Assembly (NCBI GenBank): GCA_964016885.1
Contig: OZ024754.1
Coordinates: forward strand, 41,850,001 to 41,914,000
Direction: 5' to 3'
Source of the DNA: Eledone cirrhosa
Lineage: Eukaryota
DNA: 64,000 nucleotides
This document shows positions 14,594-27,461 of this stretch, in pieces. The notes beneath the pieces are model-generated. The model was given only the letters and a program-made list of their open reading frames with translations. It searched no databases and had not been told where the DNA came from. A program made the translations under genes and the position numbers. Each line of letters opens with the position of its first letter. Within the stretch, counting starts at the first letter, position 1.

Positions 14594-16462
14594 TATATAC
14601 ACACACATATTTATATATATATTCTATATACACACATATATTTATATATATATATTCTATATACACACACATATTTATATATATATATTCTATATACACA
14701 CATATATTTATATATATATTCTATATACACCTTATATATATATATATATTCTATATACACACACATATTTATATATATATTCTATATACACCTTATATAT
14801 ATATATATATATATATTCTATATACACCTTGTATTATAGGCAGTGGAATTACGGAGTTTGAAATCTGTTTTATTGGGAGAAAAGAAATGTGAAACAAAAG
14901 ATTTATTCTCAGCTAATCCACAGATGATGACAGTCAGTATCAACCCAAATGGTTCTCTGAAACTCAGCATCATAGTAACATGGAAGTAAGACTTGCCTTC
15001 ATTTTACAATCTCGCCTTTTTCTTTTTTTCTTTTTTTTTCTTTTTTCTTTTTTCTTTTTTACATTTTTTACATTTTTTTACATTTTTTACATATTTTTTT
15101 ATTTTTTTAATTTTTTTTTTATAAGTTAGTATATTGTGATTTTGGGCAGCAAATTGATAGAACGGTTGATAAAATGTTTGATAAAATGTTTCATAGAATG
15201 TCTGATGGAATGTTTGATAGAATGCTTTACAGTATTCTTTCCGGTGGTGTTCTCTCTGAGTTCAAATTCTGTTGTGCTCAATTTTGCCTTTCATCTTTTC
15301 AAGGTCGATAAAAACAAATACCAGTCTAATACTGGAGTCAATTCTTCCTCTATGTCCCTTTCCCACTTTCTCTTTCTCTCACTTTCTATTCTTTTTTTGG
15401 AAAAAAAATCTGCTGTGTTCAGACTTGGCAAGGGTTGGGCTCCACCAGGTTTTAAGTCCTTCCAAATGGCTGTATGATGTCAATACAACACACATACAAC
15501 TCCATCAGAAGTGACAGAACCATAGCATACTATAGTGGGATTTGAGGGTGATTTAGCTACTGTATCTAGCAGGTCAATTAACTGCATAGAGGCTCCTTTG
15601 TTGCTTTCAGCTCCTTTATTTGATGAAGGGAGCTACTTTATTGATAAAGGTGGGGGCTCTCCATTAGGCAGATGTCTTTTGTTAGGTTTTGTTGACAGGA
15701 TCTAGCTGAAACTATCTCTTGCCTCTACTTTTAAACTAATATTTAAATACTTTCAAGATACCAGTAATACGGAAATGGTGATCCCATAACCATATCAACA
15801 TCATACAAACTTAAAAGATGTCCTTAGCTGATAGAATATTTTTATCAACATAATTAATATTCCAACAAACATGGGAATTTTAAGTATCATTTCTAGACTT
15901 ATTTCATCTTTAATTGAGAATTCTAATTAAACATTTGATATATGAATTTCTCTGCTGGCTTCAGAAAAAAATATCTTCCTCAATCTTAAATGATACAACC
16001 TGATGGGAACTAAAATTGCCTTTAATGTTGTTGTTGTTGTTCTTCTTTTTTCTTTTTCTTTTTCTTCTTTTTCTTTTTCTTCTTTTTCTTTTTCTTTTTC
16101 TTTTTTCTTTTTCTTCTTTTTCTTCTTTTTCTTCTTTTTCTTCTTTTTCTTCTTTTTCTTCTTTTTCTTCTTCTTCTCCTTCTTCTCCTTCTTCTCATTC
16201 TCCTCCTTCTTCTCCTCCTTCTTCCCCTTCTTCTCCTTCTCATTCTCCTCCTTCTCCTTCTTCTCCTTCTTCTTCTTCTTCTTCTTCACCCCACCCACCC
16301 AGCCACACCCTTCAAGCAATGGATGGCTGAGAGATTTTAAAGATTCAAGATTCCATGGAGCCAACTTGACGACCAGCAGGAAAGGGGGAAAATGATAGCT
16401 ATGATTTAGGGTGTGAGGGGGGGGGGGGGTGTATATATATATATGTATAGTATAGGTGTATG

Positions 16463-16531
<69 letters not shown>

Positions 16532-19500
16532 CAGTGTAGGTGTATATATATTTAGGGTAGTTATTGAAGGTAGTCTGGTTGGAGCTATAATGGTCTTGTT
16601 TATGCATATTTATATATATATTCTAACGTTATATATATATATATTCTAACGTTATATATATATATATATTCTAACGTTATATATATATATATATATTTTA
16701 CCTAATGTTAAAAAGAAATAAAGTATTTATATTCTCTTTAAATCCCAAGTTGAATTGTGGCAGCGGAATTATTTTGGTTATCTTTATTATTTTATTTCAG
16801 TCCATTAGAAGGCGTCGATGAAAGTCTAATAATTTATGAAGTTCCACAACGTACCCAAGACACACCACGGCGTCGGCCGGTATCTGCATTAGCAGTGAAT
16901 GGACAGTACTCTCAATTGGTAGGTCTCTTAAGAAATGTAAAATATTTTATAGTAAATTCATGTGATTTTATTTGTATTTTTACCAAGGAGGAGAGTGGAA
17001 GTAAACTTTATAAATTCTTAATGTTCTGTATCGCATAAAACTTCATAAATAAGATATTTTTTGAAAATTACAAAACAGCACTATGACTGCATCATGTTAG
17101 AATTTGAATTCTTTACTTTAGTTTACTGTGAATATTGATAATGATGAACTGTCCATTAGAAAAGACACTATAAACATTTGAATTAACAAACCCAGTTTTA
17201 GATCTTTCCTGTTAAATCATTCCAGGATATAAAAATTTAAGATTCTGCAGAAGACAAAATTACGTTTGTTTCAATATTTCAGAAAGGATTTTAAAAATAA
17301 ATAAAATGTATTAGAAACTTGGGCTCCTTTCCATGCCAGGTGGTCAGTGTCAACATGTGTATTGAACTCATGTGTATTGAACTCATGTGTATTGAACTCA
17401 TGTGTATTGAACTCATGTGTATTGAACTCGTGTGTATCTAAGTCCCATTAGAATATCTTTACTAAAGGTTATATCACAAAATTAGGCAGATGCATTTGCA
17501 TAATGCATTCATGTATGTTAGAGTTAAACTAATTATGTTTTTTAATCTGATGGATTATATCGGAACTAAGTTGTGTTCTAATTAACTAAGTTGTGTTTTA
17601 ATTAACTAATTTGTATGTTAATTTTGTTTTGTTTGTTTCTTTCTACAGTTTGGTAGTCAGTTAGACCTGCTTGGCTATGAAAGGAGGTACTCCAGTCCAG
17701 TGTCATTGCCTCAATCCAAGGATGATAGTTATATTCTTTCATCGTCAAGCTCTTCATTATCTCTTGCTGCAACAGCTTATCCAATGAATGACTCTGATAG
17801 CGCTATCTATATATCACAACTTCCACAGCGCTCAGCTTCTCGAACAATGTTGACTGGTTCAGCAATGGCTCTTCCACCCCCCTTAACAAAAATGGGACAG
17901 TACCCTTCGGGATTGGCGCAGCATGCCATCTGTGCTTATGCAACCGATGCATCTAATTTGGAAGATGCTCTTAATTGTTTAAGTGTATCTCTAGAAGATG
18001 TACGCGGCCGATACCATGAACTACAGAAAATTGAGGAATTGACTGATGTTTTAAGATGCTTATTAAAGGTAACGCCATTTTTTTTTAAAGAATTATTTTA
18101 TTTTATTTGCTATTATTTGTAATTGTGGTTTTTTTTTGGGGGGGGGGGGGGGGGGTTGTATTTATTACAAAATTGAGAGATCACAGATCCGATATACTAT
18201 TGACATGTGGTTAGAATGTCTCAGGACAGAATCGCAGAGTCTGTTAGCAGTCTGTCCAGGAGAAGAATTATTGTGATTTCAAAACCAAGGTAGATAGGTC
18301 TCCTTAGTCCCCTTGGTGACAACCTTTGAAATGGCCAACAGCTTCATCCTTGTTATGGAGGCAGATTAGCTCCAGCTTTGGTAGCTAGCTTCTGGATAGT
18401 AGCCAGGCGAGGATTTGGGATCCTCCTCCATCACTTTTTACCCCTTATGAGAATCATGGACAAACAACATCATGTAGAACATTGGTGCTATCGTCCATGG
18501 TTCCCGACTGCCAGCAATGATGATGGGAAGAGATCAGACCATTGTTGATAGAATCAATCCAGTACATATTTTAACCCTGGATATATGAAGGGCAAATTTA
18601 ACTTCAGTGAGATTTGAACTCAGAATATAAGAGATCATATCTTCAGTTTATGTCAAAAGACATGACAACTTCTCCTGTGCACTCCATAGAACATATGACC
18701 ATATGTACGAGATATGCAGTTCCCTCGGCCTGTCTGGGAGGTTAGTAGCCCCTCTTCAGTATTGACTTGGTCTATGTAGACCAGTGTCTTCTTGAGCAAA
18801 ATGGTTTGATTCCTGGACTAGAAGTGGATACAGAGTGTTCTTGAGCAAAATACTTTATTCCATGTTTCTCCTTCTGCCAGGAGTTGCAACCTGCAGATAG
18901 TATCTTTTTTTCTTCTTCTTCTTCTTGGCCCACTTATTCCTGAGAGAGTTTTGGAGGCAGAGTCCTCAAACGGTGGGTCCTGCCAGAAGCATCCATCTCC
19001 AGCTGATCAGCAATTGATAATCTCACCAAAGGAAACATTCCAAATAATCAGCTCCTTTTATTTTGGGTTTTTTTTAGTTTTGCTTTTCCTTTCTTTTGGG
19101 TTAAATGTAAATCCTGTTTACTTTATAAATCTCTAAGAATTCTTCCTTCTTCTTTACAGAAGCATTCCAGATCTAGTTCGTGTTCTTCTAATATTAGTGT
19201 TTCCATTGAACATGCATTGGAGGCTTTTGACTTTCTCAACACAGAGGATATTGTTGATGATATAGACAGTTCACCTAGGTTTGTTGACTTCATTTATTTA
19301 TTGATCTATTGTATAAACGATGATGATGACGGCGATCATGTTCATCATCACCGTTTAACGTCTATTTTTCCATGCTTGCATGGGTTAGACGAGTTGCCCA
19401 CATTATGATACAAGTCTGGTCAATTGGCCGCGCCATACCTTGTTCAGACAGAACTGTATTTTGGCTGGGATTTTTACAGCTGGATGCCCTTCTTAATGCC

Positions 19501-22500
19501 AACCACGTTTACAGTGTAGAACATATTGTTGTTCAATATCTATTATTTATTTAAACTGGATTGGCAGTATTGGTAGAGGGTCGGACGCCATGCTGTGCAG
19601 CATAGAGTTACGTCCCTTTACGGACTGAGTTCAAATCCAGTCGAGGTTAACTTTGCCTTTCATCCTTACGAGGTCGATAAAATGAAGTACCAGTAATGTA
19701 CTGGTTAATTGCTGGCCTTGTAGCCAAAAGTAGAAACAATTATTTATTTAAACTGGTTTAGAATAGGTACACAACATCGCGTTAAATATAAACCCCAATT
19801 TCAATGACTTCTACCTTTCCATAACATTACCTCTACTAATTCTAATCCTCCTTTGTTGTAACTATCAGCAGTGTAGTGATGTTAACATTATTTCTATAAC
19901 AGTGAAACCATTATAGGAATAATGGCACCAGAATTACCATCATGTCTAATATTGTTATTTAACTGTTAATATTTTGATTATAACCTTTTTTTATCTTTTT
20001 TTTAGTGAAAGCCGAAGATCAAGCTTAGATCACATACTAACCAGTCCAGAGTCTACTGCCAAAACAACAGATTCTGGTATTGAGTCTTTGGCTAAGAGAT
20101 TATGTGAAGACACTCAGTTGAGTTCTAGTACAAATTCTAGTCCACTTCCTCCAAGTTCAGGCAATGAACATGTGGACCAAGCTCTTATCTTCCATCTTAA
20201 TTACTGTAACAAATTAATTGAGGTCAGTTCACATTTGCTTTCCTTTATTCCTCCATTAATAACATAGGTTGGATAGTTATATAAATCTATATAACCGTAT
20301 AACTTGTTTCTATCTTTCTTCAGTTCAACAGTAACTGTGTGGGTGGACGATCAGCAATATTCAGTTCTTAAAACCACGTTTTAAAGTAACATTCCTCAAA
20401 TTGTTTACAAAACATGAAGATAGATTTTGTTGTTGTTGTAGATTAGTGCATGTGTGTTTATCTGGTGGTGTACGTGTCTAAATGTTTGTGCATGTATACA
20501 CTAAAACTAGTGTACACTAGAACTGGAGTGTACACACTAAATCTAGAGTGTACACTAGAACTACTGTACACTCTAGAACTAGTGTGTACACTAGAATTAG
20601 GGTGTACACTAGAATTGGAGTGTACACTAGAAATGGAGTATACTTAGCATTTCAATCAATTTTATTTCTGTTTTAAGTAGACTTTAAGTTGGTTAAACAA
20701 AATCTTCAACAATAACTTCCATATTTTGTTGTTTCCTGTTGGCTGGTCAACTATTTACTCTTCAACTAAGAATTTACACTCCTATTTCATACTCTCTCTT
20801 TCTCCTCTCATCTCTCTCTCCTCTCATCTCTTTCTCTTTCTCTCTCTCTCTCATACACTTATTACCACAGCTGTGTGTTATGCTTCCAAAAATGATTCCC
20901 AAAATAAGTGAAAGACTTCAAATATGCTAAAGTATTGATAGTGATGTGTTGTGACTTTCATGCCTTTCTCTAAGATATTTAGAAGTAGAATTGCTGCAAC
21001 CAGGATTTTAAGTCCTCACAGCTGTATTCTTGACTCTGTTCTTAACCCTTTCATTACCATAGTTCTAATAAAATACACTCTATTTCCTGTCTTTTACAGA
21101 ATTTGGGTAGTTTTGGACCTTTGAAATGTAAAGAAATATATGCATTAGATAAACTTCAAAAACAGTCTCAAATTCTTGAAAATTTAATACATCTTGCTAA
21201 AGCTGGCAGTGAAATTAATTTACATTCTGGTAACTATTATTAATTTATATCATAATAAATGTACAGCCTTTAATGTCTGCCTGTCAACATATCATAATAA
21301 ACACAGTCCACGCTGTAATGTGACCGTGTAGGTAAGACGGTAAAAACCTCCCAGTAAATGTGGTTGGTGTTAGAAAACCTGCCAGACAGTCCCATACGAG
21401 CGAGACGACCGATCTTGCCTCAAGTGGGACAATTCCCATCTAAACCCATGCTAGTGTGGAAGATAGACGTTAAACGATGATGATGATGATGATGTGACTT
21501 GTTCTGTCCAAGTATTTCAAGACCTAGCTAATTATGTTACAGTAATGATGTGACTTGGTCTGTCTGAGTATTTCAGAACCTAGCTAATTATGTTACAGTA
21601 ATGATGTGACTTGGTGAGTCCGAGTATTTCAAGACCTAGCTAATTATGTTACAGTCATGATGTGACTTGGTGAGTCCGAGTATTTCAAGACCTAGCTAAT
21701 TATGTTACAGTCATGATGTGACTTGGTCTGTCTGAGTAATTGAAGTTTATTAATTCAATGTCATCTATTTCTGTTCCACCAGTTTTGGGTGAACAACTCA
21801 ATGATAAACAGCTGAAGGAGTTTTGGGTGCAGTGTGTTGATAGAAATGTTCTGGTCATTCCTGCTGAGAAACTTATCACAATGATGGAACAAAAATTACT
21901 GAATCGCTTCCAAGAACCCTGTGATGTCAAACCTACCAGAGGTAAATTCTCCATTTTTCAAAATGTTGTTCATTGTCTTTTTGTTCTTTTTCTGCCACAT
22001 TAAAGGTAGACGTGGTGCGAGACTGAGGACTGCAGTTTTTCATGATCACATTTTGAGGTCTGAAAGGATTCTTCAGCCTCAACGAGTCTGTGACAAGTGC
22101 TCTAGTGTTGGAGCCATGATAAAATGCACCCAGTCCACCCTGTAAAGTGGTAGTGCTGGTGTCATGATAAAATGGACCCAGTCCTTCCTGTAAAGAGGTA
22201 GTGCTGGTGTCATGATAAAATAGACCCAGTCCTTCCTGTAAAGAGGTAGTGCTGGTGTCATGATAAAATGGACCCAGTCCTTCCTGTAAAGAGGTAGTGG
22301 TGGTGTCATGATAAAATGGACCCAGTCCTTCCTGTAAAGAGGTAGTGGTGGTGTCATGATAAAATGGACCCAGTCCTTCCTGTACAGAGGTAGTGGTGGT
22401 GTCATGATAAAATGGACCCAGTCCTTCCTGTAAAGAGATGGTGCTGGTGTCATGATAAAATGGACCCAGTCCTTCCTGTACAGAGGTAGTGCTGGTGTCA

Positions 22501-25500
22501 TGATAAAATGGACCCAGTCCTTCCTGTACAGAGGTAGTGCTGGTGTCATGATAAAATGGACCCAGTCCTTCCTGTACAGAGGTAGTGCTGGTGTCATGAT
22601 AAAATGGACCCAGTCCTTCCTGTACAGAGGTAGTGCTGGTGTCATGATAAAATGGACCCAGTCCTTCCTGTACAGAGGTAGTGCTGGTGTCATGATAAAA
22701 TGGACCCAGCCTACCCTGTAAGGTGGTAGTGCTGCTGCCATGATAAAATGCACCTAGTCCACCCTGTAAAGTGTTAATTCTGGTGTCATAATAAAATGCA
22801 CCCAGTCCATCCCGTAAAGTGGTTGTGGTGGTGGTGATGTTTGCTGCTGCTGTTGTTGTTGTTGTTGTAATAACATAGAACCTCTCTTTTCTTTAACTTT
22901 ACAGTATTCTGTCATCTGGCCAGCCGTATTCTTGATATTTCTGATGCTGAGCTGAAAATCACACCCAACCTTTCTATCACACTATTCCAATATTCACTTT
23001 TCTTCAGAAATGAAGGATTTGTTCTTGTTGACAAAATTATTGAAGAAAGTAAGTATGATTCATGACGATGATGATGATGGTTTATTTTAAGTGATTGATA
23101 TCTTCCAGGTGTGAAATGGCTTTATTACTTAACCCTTTAGTATTTACATTACTCTATATATACTATTGTATTTTCGCAATAAAGGATTTATCTCACATAA
23201 TATTGAATCTATGAGATTTTGATATTATTTATTTTGAGAACAATACTTTAACGTCAGTATGAGTGGCCAGTTATGACCAGTTTGAACAGAAAGAGGTGAG
23301 AGAATTCAAGCCAGTGATGGCCGGTTTAAATGTTAAAGAGTTAAAGTATATATTATATGATGTAGGCATCACATAATGTATCTATTATATAGTGCATCTG
23401 TTACATAACGTACCTATTGCATAATGTATCTATTACATAGTGCATCTGTTACATAGCATACCTATTGCATAATGTATCTATTACATAGTGCATCTGTTAC
23501 ATAGCATACCTATTGCATAATGTATCTATTACATAGTGCATCTGTTACATAACATACCTATTGCATAATGTATCTATTAAAGGATGTATTAGAGTAACGG
23601 CTCGTAGCCTAGGAGTTTCGATAGCTATGAATTATTGTTTTGTCTTGTCTCTTACTCCACAGACAGCACTTTGGCTTGTGTCAGACACTGTGACCCCAGG
23701 TGGGACAGCAGTACTGTTGGTAAGGGTCGAAACTGCCTAAGTTCATCTCAACGGTATTAATCAGGGTGGTGGAATGGCAGATTCAACAGTTTTAGTCCTG
23801 TAAAAGCCATGTTTATATCAAACATGATGTTTACACTCTACTAATGTATTGATTACCTTACTTATTATGGTTACCCCCCAATTGAACCTGGGACTCACAT
23901 ATATATATATGTGTGTGTGTGTGTAGGAAAAAAGTCAGTACCCCGACGGCTGAGCTCCAGCCGTTTCGATCTAGCTGTCAAAACAGCCGGAGCTCAGCCG
24001 TCGGGGTCCTGACTTTTTTCCTATTATCCACTCTACTACCCTAAGTATCGAGTATTCTGGTGTGTTATGATCCACCTAATATCTTACTACACTTTCTTTA
24101 TATTTATATATGTTAGTTAACCTATAGTTATTCAGTTATATGTTAATTAAAGTTAATTAATTTTTTTTAAATATTATTTTTGAAATGAAATGAAATCTAA
24201 TTCTTTACTTTCAGTTTCTATCAGTGATAAACTGTGTTCAGGTAATGCTGAGCTTGCCATTAGTTGTATAGAAAGACTTCATGGCAGTGTTGCCCCAGCC
24301 TTCTGTTTGAAAGTCCTTGGAACTCTGCTCATCTGTGATAACCAAGATATCAGGCAAGCTACTGGTGAGTGAGGTTGCTTGGAAATTCTATTTACAAATG
24401 TTAAAATAAACAATTCATTACTTCTCCTGAGTGTCAACTCAACTCTAATTGTTACTCTCTAACTTCTGAGTTACAATGTTTAGTTGCATGTTATATTCAT
24501 GAACTGGAAGAGTGAGGAAATGGGGAAACAGGGAGGGTACAGTATACCCTAGCTGTGATTCATGAACTGGAAGAGAGGGGAAGTGGGGAAACAGGGGGGG
24601 TACAGTATACCCTAGCTGTGATTCATGAACTGGAAGAGAGGGAGATGGGGAAACAGGGAAGGCACAGTAAACCCTAGCTGTGATTCATGAACTGGAAGAG
24701 AGGGGAAGTGGGGAAACAGGGAGGGTACAGTATACCCTAGCTGTGATTCATGAACTGGAAGAGAGGGAGGTGGGGAAACAGGGAAGGCACAGTAAACCCT
24801 AGCTGTGATTCATGAACTGGAAGAGAGTAAAATGGGGAGGGCACAGTAAACCTTAACTGTGCCGTGCAAACAAAATGGTGAAATTATTGCAACTACCATT
24901 TCTTTTCATGGGATTCCTTCTTCAAGCAAAATGCTTTCCTCATATTTTTGTGGAAGAAATTAGCTATAAATACTTACAGTGAGTGAACACCATTCGAGGC
25001 CCCTCTGGAGCAAGTGAGGGTGTTAAACCAATCTCAACTCACAATATCTATTAGACACAAGCTAATAAAGAATATATTATGTTGGAACAAATATCCCAAA
25101 GATTTTACCAGTTTATTTAATCTTGATGTTACTTTCGCTCTTCCATTTTTTTTCAGCATCCTACTTAAGGAATCTCCAGCAAAGCCGCCTCTCGCGTGAT
25201 AAGGTTTGTATTTCAGATGTCTTTCTTCTTATATGTTTTACCTTAGGATCTGTAGCATAATCATAACACCTGTAATTTAAGAGTTAACTAACTGTTAGCC
25301 ATTCATTTAGTGGTGTTCACATATTTAACCCTTTAGTTATGAAATAAAATCACCCATTTTAACCCTTTAGTTACCAACCCTGCCAAAACCACCTCTGGTT
25401 CTATGAAATAAAACCACCCATTTTAACCCTTTAGTTACCAACCCTGCCAAAACCACCTCTGGTTCTATGGCATAAAACCACCCATTTTAAAGGTTTCCGA

Positions 25501-26947
25501 TTTAAATTAAAATTTTCCAACATAATTTCATATAAGAACCTTACATTAAGTTACTATCTTAGTAATGAAATAATAATTTCAGTAAATCTCTTGAAATTCT
25601 TCATTAATTAATTAAAAAAGAGGGTGTTTCATTAGAAAGGAGGTCATGAAAAAGTTAAAAAGGAGGAGTAATATTATTTTTACTTTCCAAAGAAAGATGG
25701 GAGATAACTCTAGACATCTTTTATTTCTATTCTGACCAAGTCTTTGAATTGACAGAGTCGTTAGAACATCAGATAGAATGCCTTGTGGTATTTGTTTCAG
25801 CTCTCTGCTCTCTGAGTTCAAATCCCACCCAGGTCAACTTTGCTTTTCGTTCATTTGAGGTCAATGAATAAAAGTATCAGTTTAGTACTGGAGTCAATTC
25901 TTCCTCTATATCTCATTCTCTCTTCCTCTCTCTCTCACTCTCTATCCTTCTCTGGAAGAAATCTGCTGTATTCAGACCTGGAGAGGAAATAGGCTCTGCC
26001 AGGTTTTAAGAAAATACCCAAGAAACATCACGTCTGTACCAGTGCAGTCTGTTCCCTTGCTCCACACTACATCTTATTCCTCCTCTACACTATTACATAC
26101 CCAGCACATCATACTCACTTTATTTCCATCCCATTTAGTGTTCATGTGTTGGTACCATCCAACAGTAATATGGTGTTTGTTGTTATTACAGTCACTGGTG
26201 GTGTATGTTGAAGCTTTAGAAGACCAAACTGCTGAAGTACGGGCGGGAGCTGCTGTTGCTTTATCTCTCTTACGGGTAAATAACTTTTGACTTCTCTATT
26301 GTCATAGTTTATAGCACACACAACACATAAACACATATACACACAAACCTCACACACACAACCACAAATGCACACAAACACACCACATGCAAACATATAC
26401 ACACATTGACACACACAACTACCAAACACCACACACACAGACATGCGTACACACACAACCACAAACACCAGACATGCGCACACACACAACCACACAACCA
26501 CAAACACCACATACACACACACACAACCAGAAACCCACAAACACTAGACATGCACACACACAACCACACACACCAGACACACACACACACACACACAACC
26601 AGAAACACACACCACACTCCATATCAAACAGTGAGTGTAAAGCAAGCAATTAAATATAAAAACATATTGTACATGGAGTTGTTACCCCGAGCAATATTGT
26701 AGATTGAGGTAAGAAGTGTTACACCATTGTTGTTTATAATGTTGTTGTTGTCATTAGAATTCCAGTTAGAATATTATTTGTTGTTAGATTTGCAGGAGTT
26801 GAAGTTATTTGAGAGACAGCAGCAAGCATTTCATGTAAATATATATATATCATCATCATCATCATCTTCGTTTAACGTCCATCTTCCATGCTAGCATGGG
26901 TTATATATATATATATAAAGTAGGGAAAAGTGGACATAAAATGATGA

Positions 26948-26984
<37 letters not shown>

Positions 26985-27338
26985 CATCATATGGAGGCAT
27001 ATGGCTTAGTGGTTAGAGCATTGGCCTTGCAATCGAAAGGTTGTGAGTTCAATTCTCAGACCGGGTGATGTGTTGTTTCCTTGAGCAAGACACTTTATTT
27101 CACATTGCTCCAGTTTACTCAGCTGTAGAAATGAGATGATAGGGACTGGGGTCCATATCATTCCACTGCAAGGTGGTCGTGGAGGTGCCACGGCAAAAAA
27201 AGCACCCAGTACTCACTGTAAATGAGGTTGGTGTTTGGAAGGGCATCCAGCTGTAGAAATCAAGCCAGAATCAGTTCCCGTCCCACCCTTGCAAGCAGGG
27301 AAAAAGTGGACGTAAAATGAAATGATGATGAAATGATG

Positions 27339-27369
<31 letters not shown>

Positions 27370-27424
27370 TACGTAACAGCCGTACTAAGAGTGAGAAATG
27401 AAATTTTGTTTCATTTTTTCCATT

Positions 27425-27461
<37 letters not shown>

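Noticed and set aside
9819-16607. Lys/Glu/Phe/His-Thr-rich ORFs in the track
   Set aside because: They are translations of microsatellites and polypyrimidine tracts.
22079-22753. 224-aa repetitive ORF on the minus strand (and 52348-52810 ORFs on both strands)
   Set aside because: The frames are open only because the unit lengths (48 and 42 bp) are multiples of 3.
26992-27065. tRNA-like sequence
   Set aside because: It has A/B boxes but no acceptor stem and continues into the SINE body; it is a SINE head, not a tRNA gene.
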